Part shown: piece after piece, positions 62,847 through 64,000 of the stretch | How the letters are laid out: each line of letters opens with the position of its first letter | How positions within the stretch are numbered: the first letter of the stretch is position 1 | Assembly (NCBI GenBank): GCA_964016885.1 | Contig: OZ024740.1 | Span: 353,586,001 to 353,650,000, forward strand | Source: Eledone cirrhosa | Taxonomy: Eukaryota | Direction: 5' to 3' | DNA: 64,000 nt | Translations under genes and position numbers: made by a program | Notes under the pieces: generated by a model | What the model was told of the DNA's origin: nothing | The model's database searches: none | Seen by the model: only the letters and a program-made list of their open reading frames with translations

Positions 62847-63710
62847 TAGGATAATAATGATGATGGCAGTGATATGACGATAATAAAAGACTTTTGAATA
62901 TTCTGAAGCATTATTGTGCTAATATTTCTCACAGATGCTCATTCAGGCTTTTTTTACATACTTACAAAGCTCTATCAGAAGACTAGATTATTCCAGTTGA
63001 GGGATATTTTAATATCTGTTGTGTTTAAAAGAATAGCTCTGCTATCTAAACCTACTGAAAGTAGCCGCTGCAACGCTACAAATGGAATAATGAATGATAT
63101 TTCGTTATCAGCCTAGAATATGTAAAATAGGCACTGTTATTGATATTTCTACTCTTCTGTGAGATACATGCAGAGGAACAGCAACTGCCATGCTTCTATT
63201 GAGCCCGCGTAATCAATTCCCATCTCAGACCAGAAATTAGACGTGCAAAAGAATAAACTTTCTTGTTCTGATAAAGTTCACCTTGATTGGCTCCATCGTG
63301 TTTTCTCGCCAGAACTTACTTGTACAGAGGAACAAACTAGATAGTGGAGAACATGCTATATACCAGAATTGACTACTGATCTCCATACTAGTGTTTATTT
63401 TCGTATTTGTTCATTGGATCAGGAAGGCACGTGGCTTTGTGGCTATGATCGGAAGGCCGCAGTGGATTCGTATACAGAAATGTAGATTTTCCGACACATT
63501 ACTGTTTCTGTGAAGTCGCTGATCAGTACAAACTCACCACGAGCAGAAGCACTCACCTTATCGAGACTTGAATTGTGTGAAGATCTCATATATGAGAATT
63601 GGCTTATAATGGAATTAAATAAATTACTTAACAATTCTGTGTAGAAAACATGAAACTGACGAAATCAAATAATGATACAACGGATAGTGAAATAGGTTAG
63701 AATAGCATAC

Positions 63711-63876
63711 CTGAATGGTTTTATGTAAGTTTGGTAAATATCATAAACAATAATGGAAGAGACCGCCATCACCTCCCCGGAACCTGTCGACATAAGAGCC
63801 ATCGAACCCATTGTTAGAATCATGATGCCTCCAGCTTCACCGAGGATTTTTTCTGCAATCATTGGTGTCACGAGGC
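63711..63876 (-). CDS. DUR3: DUR3-like transporter internal exon (166 nt); the gene continues beyond the window
   Basis: GLVTPMIAEKILGEAGGIMILTMGSMALMSTGSGEVMAVSSIIVYDIYQTYIKPF matches the SSF/DUR3 motif GLV.P..A..L.G..G....L...FMA..S.GS.E..AVSS...YDIY..YI.P. Acceptor AG at 63878-63877, donor AG|GTATGC at 63710. Confidence 0.9.
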
Positions 63877-64000
63877 CTATATGTAACACGGAAATAATAA
63901 TATAGTAAAATAATAGCAAAAGATATGTTGACAGTTCTGTGACATATATATATATATATGTGTGTGTGGGGGGGGGGGGGGGTGCGTGCGTGTGCGTGTG

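Overview
Repeat-rich eukaryotic (animal) DNA. The tRNA-derived SINE family and the dense microsatellites suggest an octopod cephalopod, but this is an inference. There is one host gene: the last three coding exons of a minus-strand DUR3-like sodium:solute-symporter (urea transporter family), at 63711-63876, 61996-62453 and 46886-47523, with GT-AG introns whose phases match. It carries a Cys/His-rich insert in a cytoplasmic loop. Its 14.5-kb last intron holds a cluster of R4/Dong-type (RT + restriction-like endonuclease) retrotransposons, all sitting in (TATG)n tracts. The cluster includes a head-to-tail pair of full-length copies, one with an intact 1169-aa ORF. The rest of the window contains a 5'-truncated Penelope-like element, a near full-length but disrupted Tx1/L1 element and several relics whose 3' ends abut TATC-type sequence. 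There is also an ~18-kb satellite with a 25-bp unit and higher-order periods of 325, 591, 1928 and 3922 bp, nested RTE elements, a hAT MITE containing two convergent Helitron-like elements, two long hairpins with hammerhead-like motifs, and a 200-N assembly gap at 34518-34717. The strongest overall pattern is that different retroelement clades each associate with a different microsatellite motif. No database searches were run, so all family assignments rest on motif recognition.
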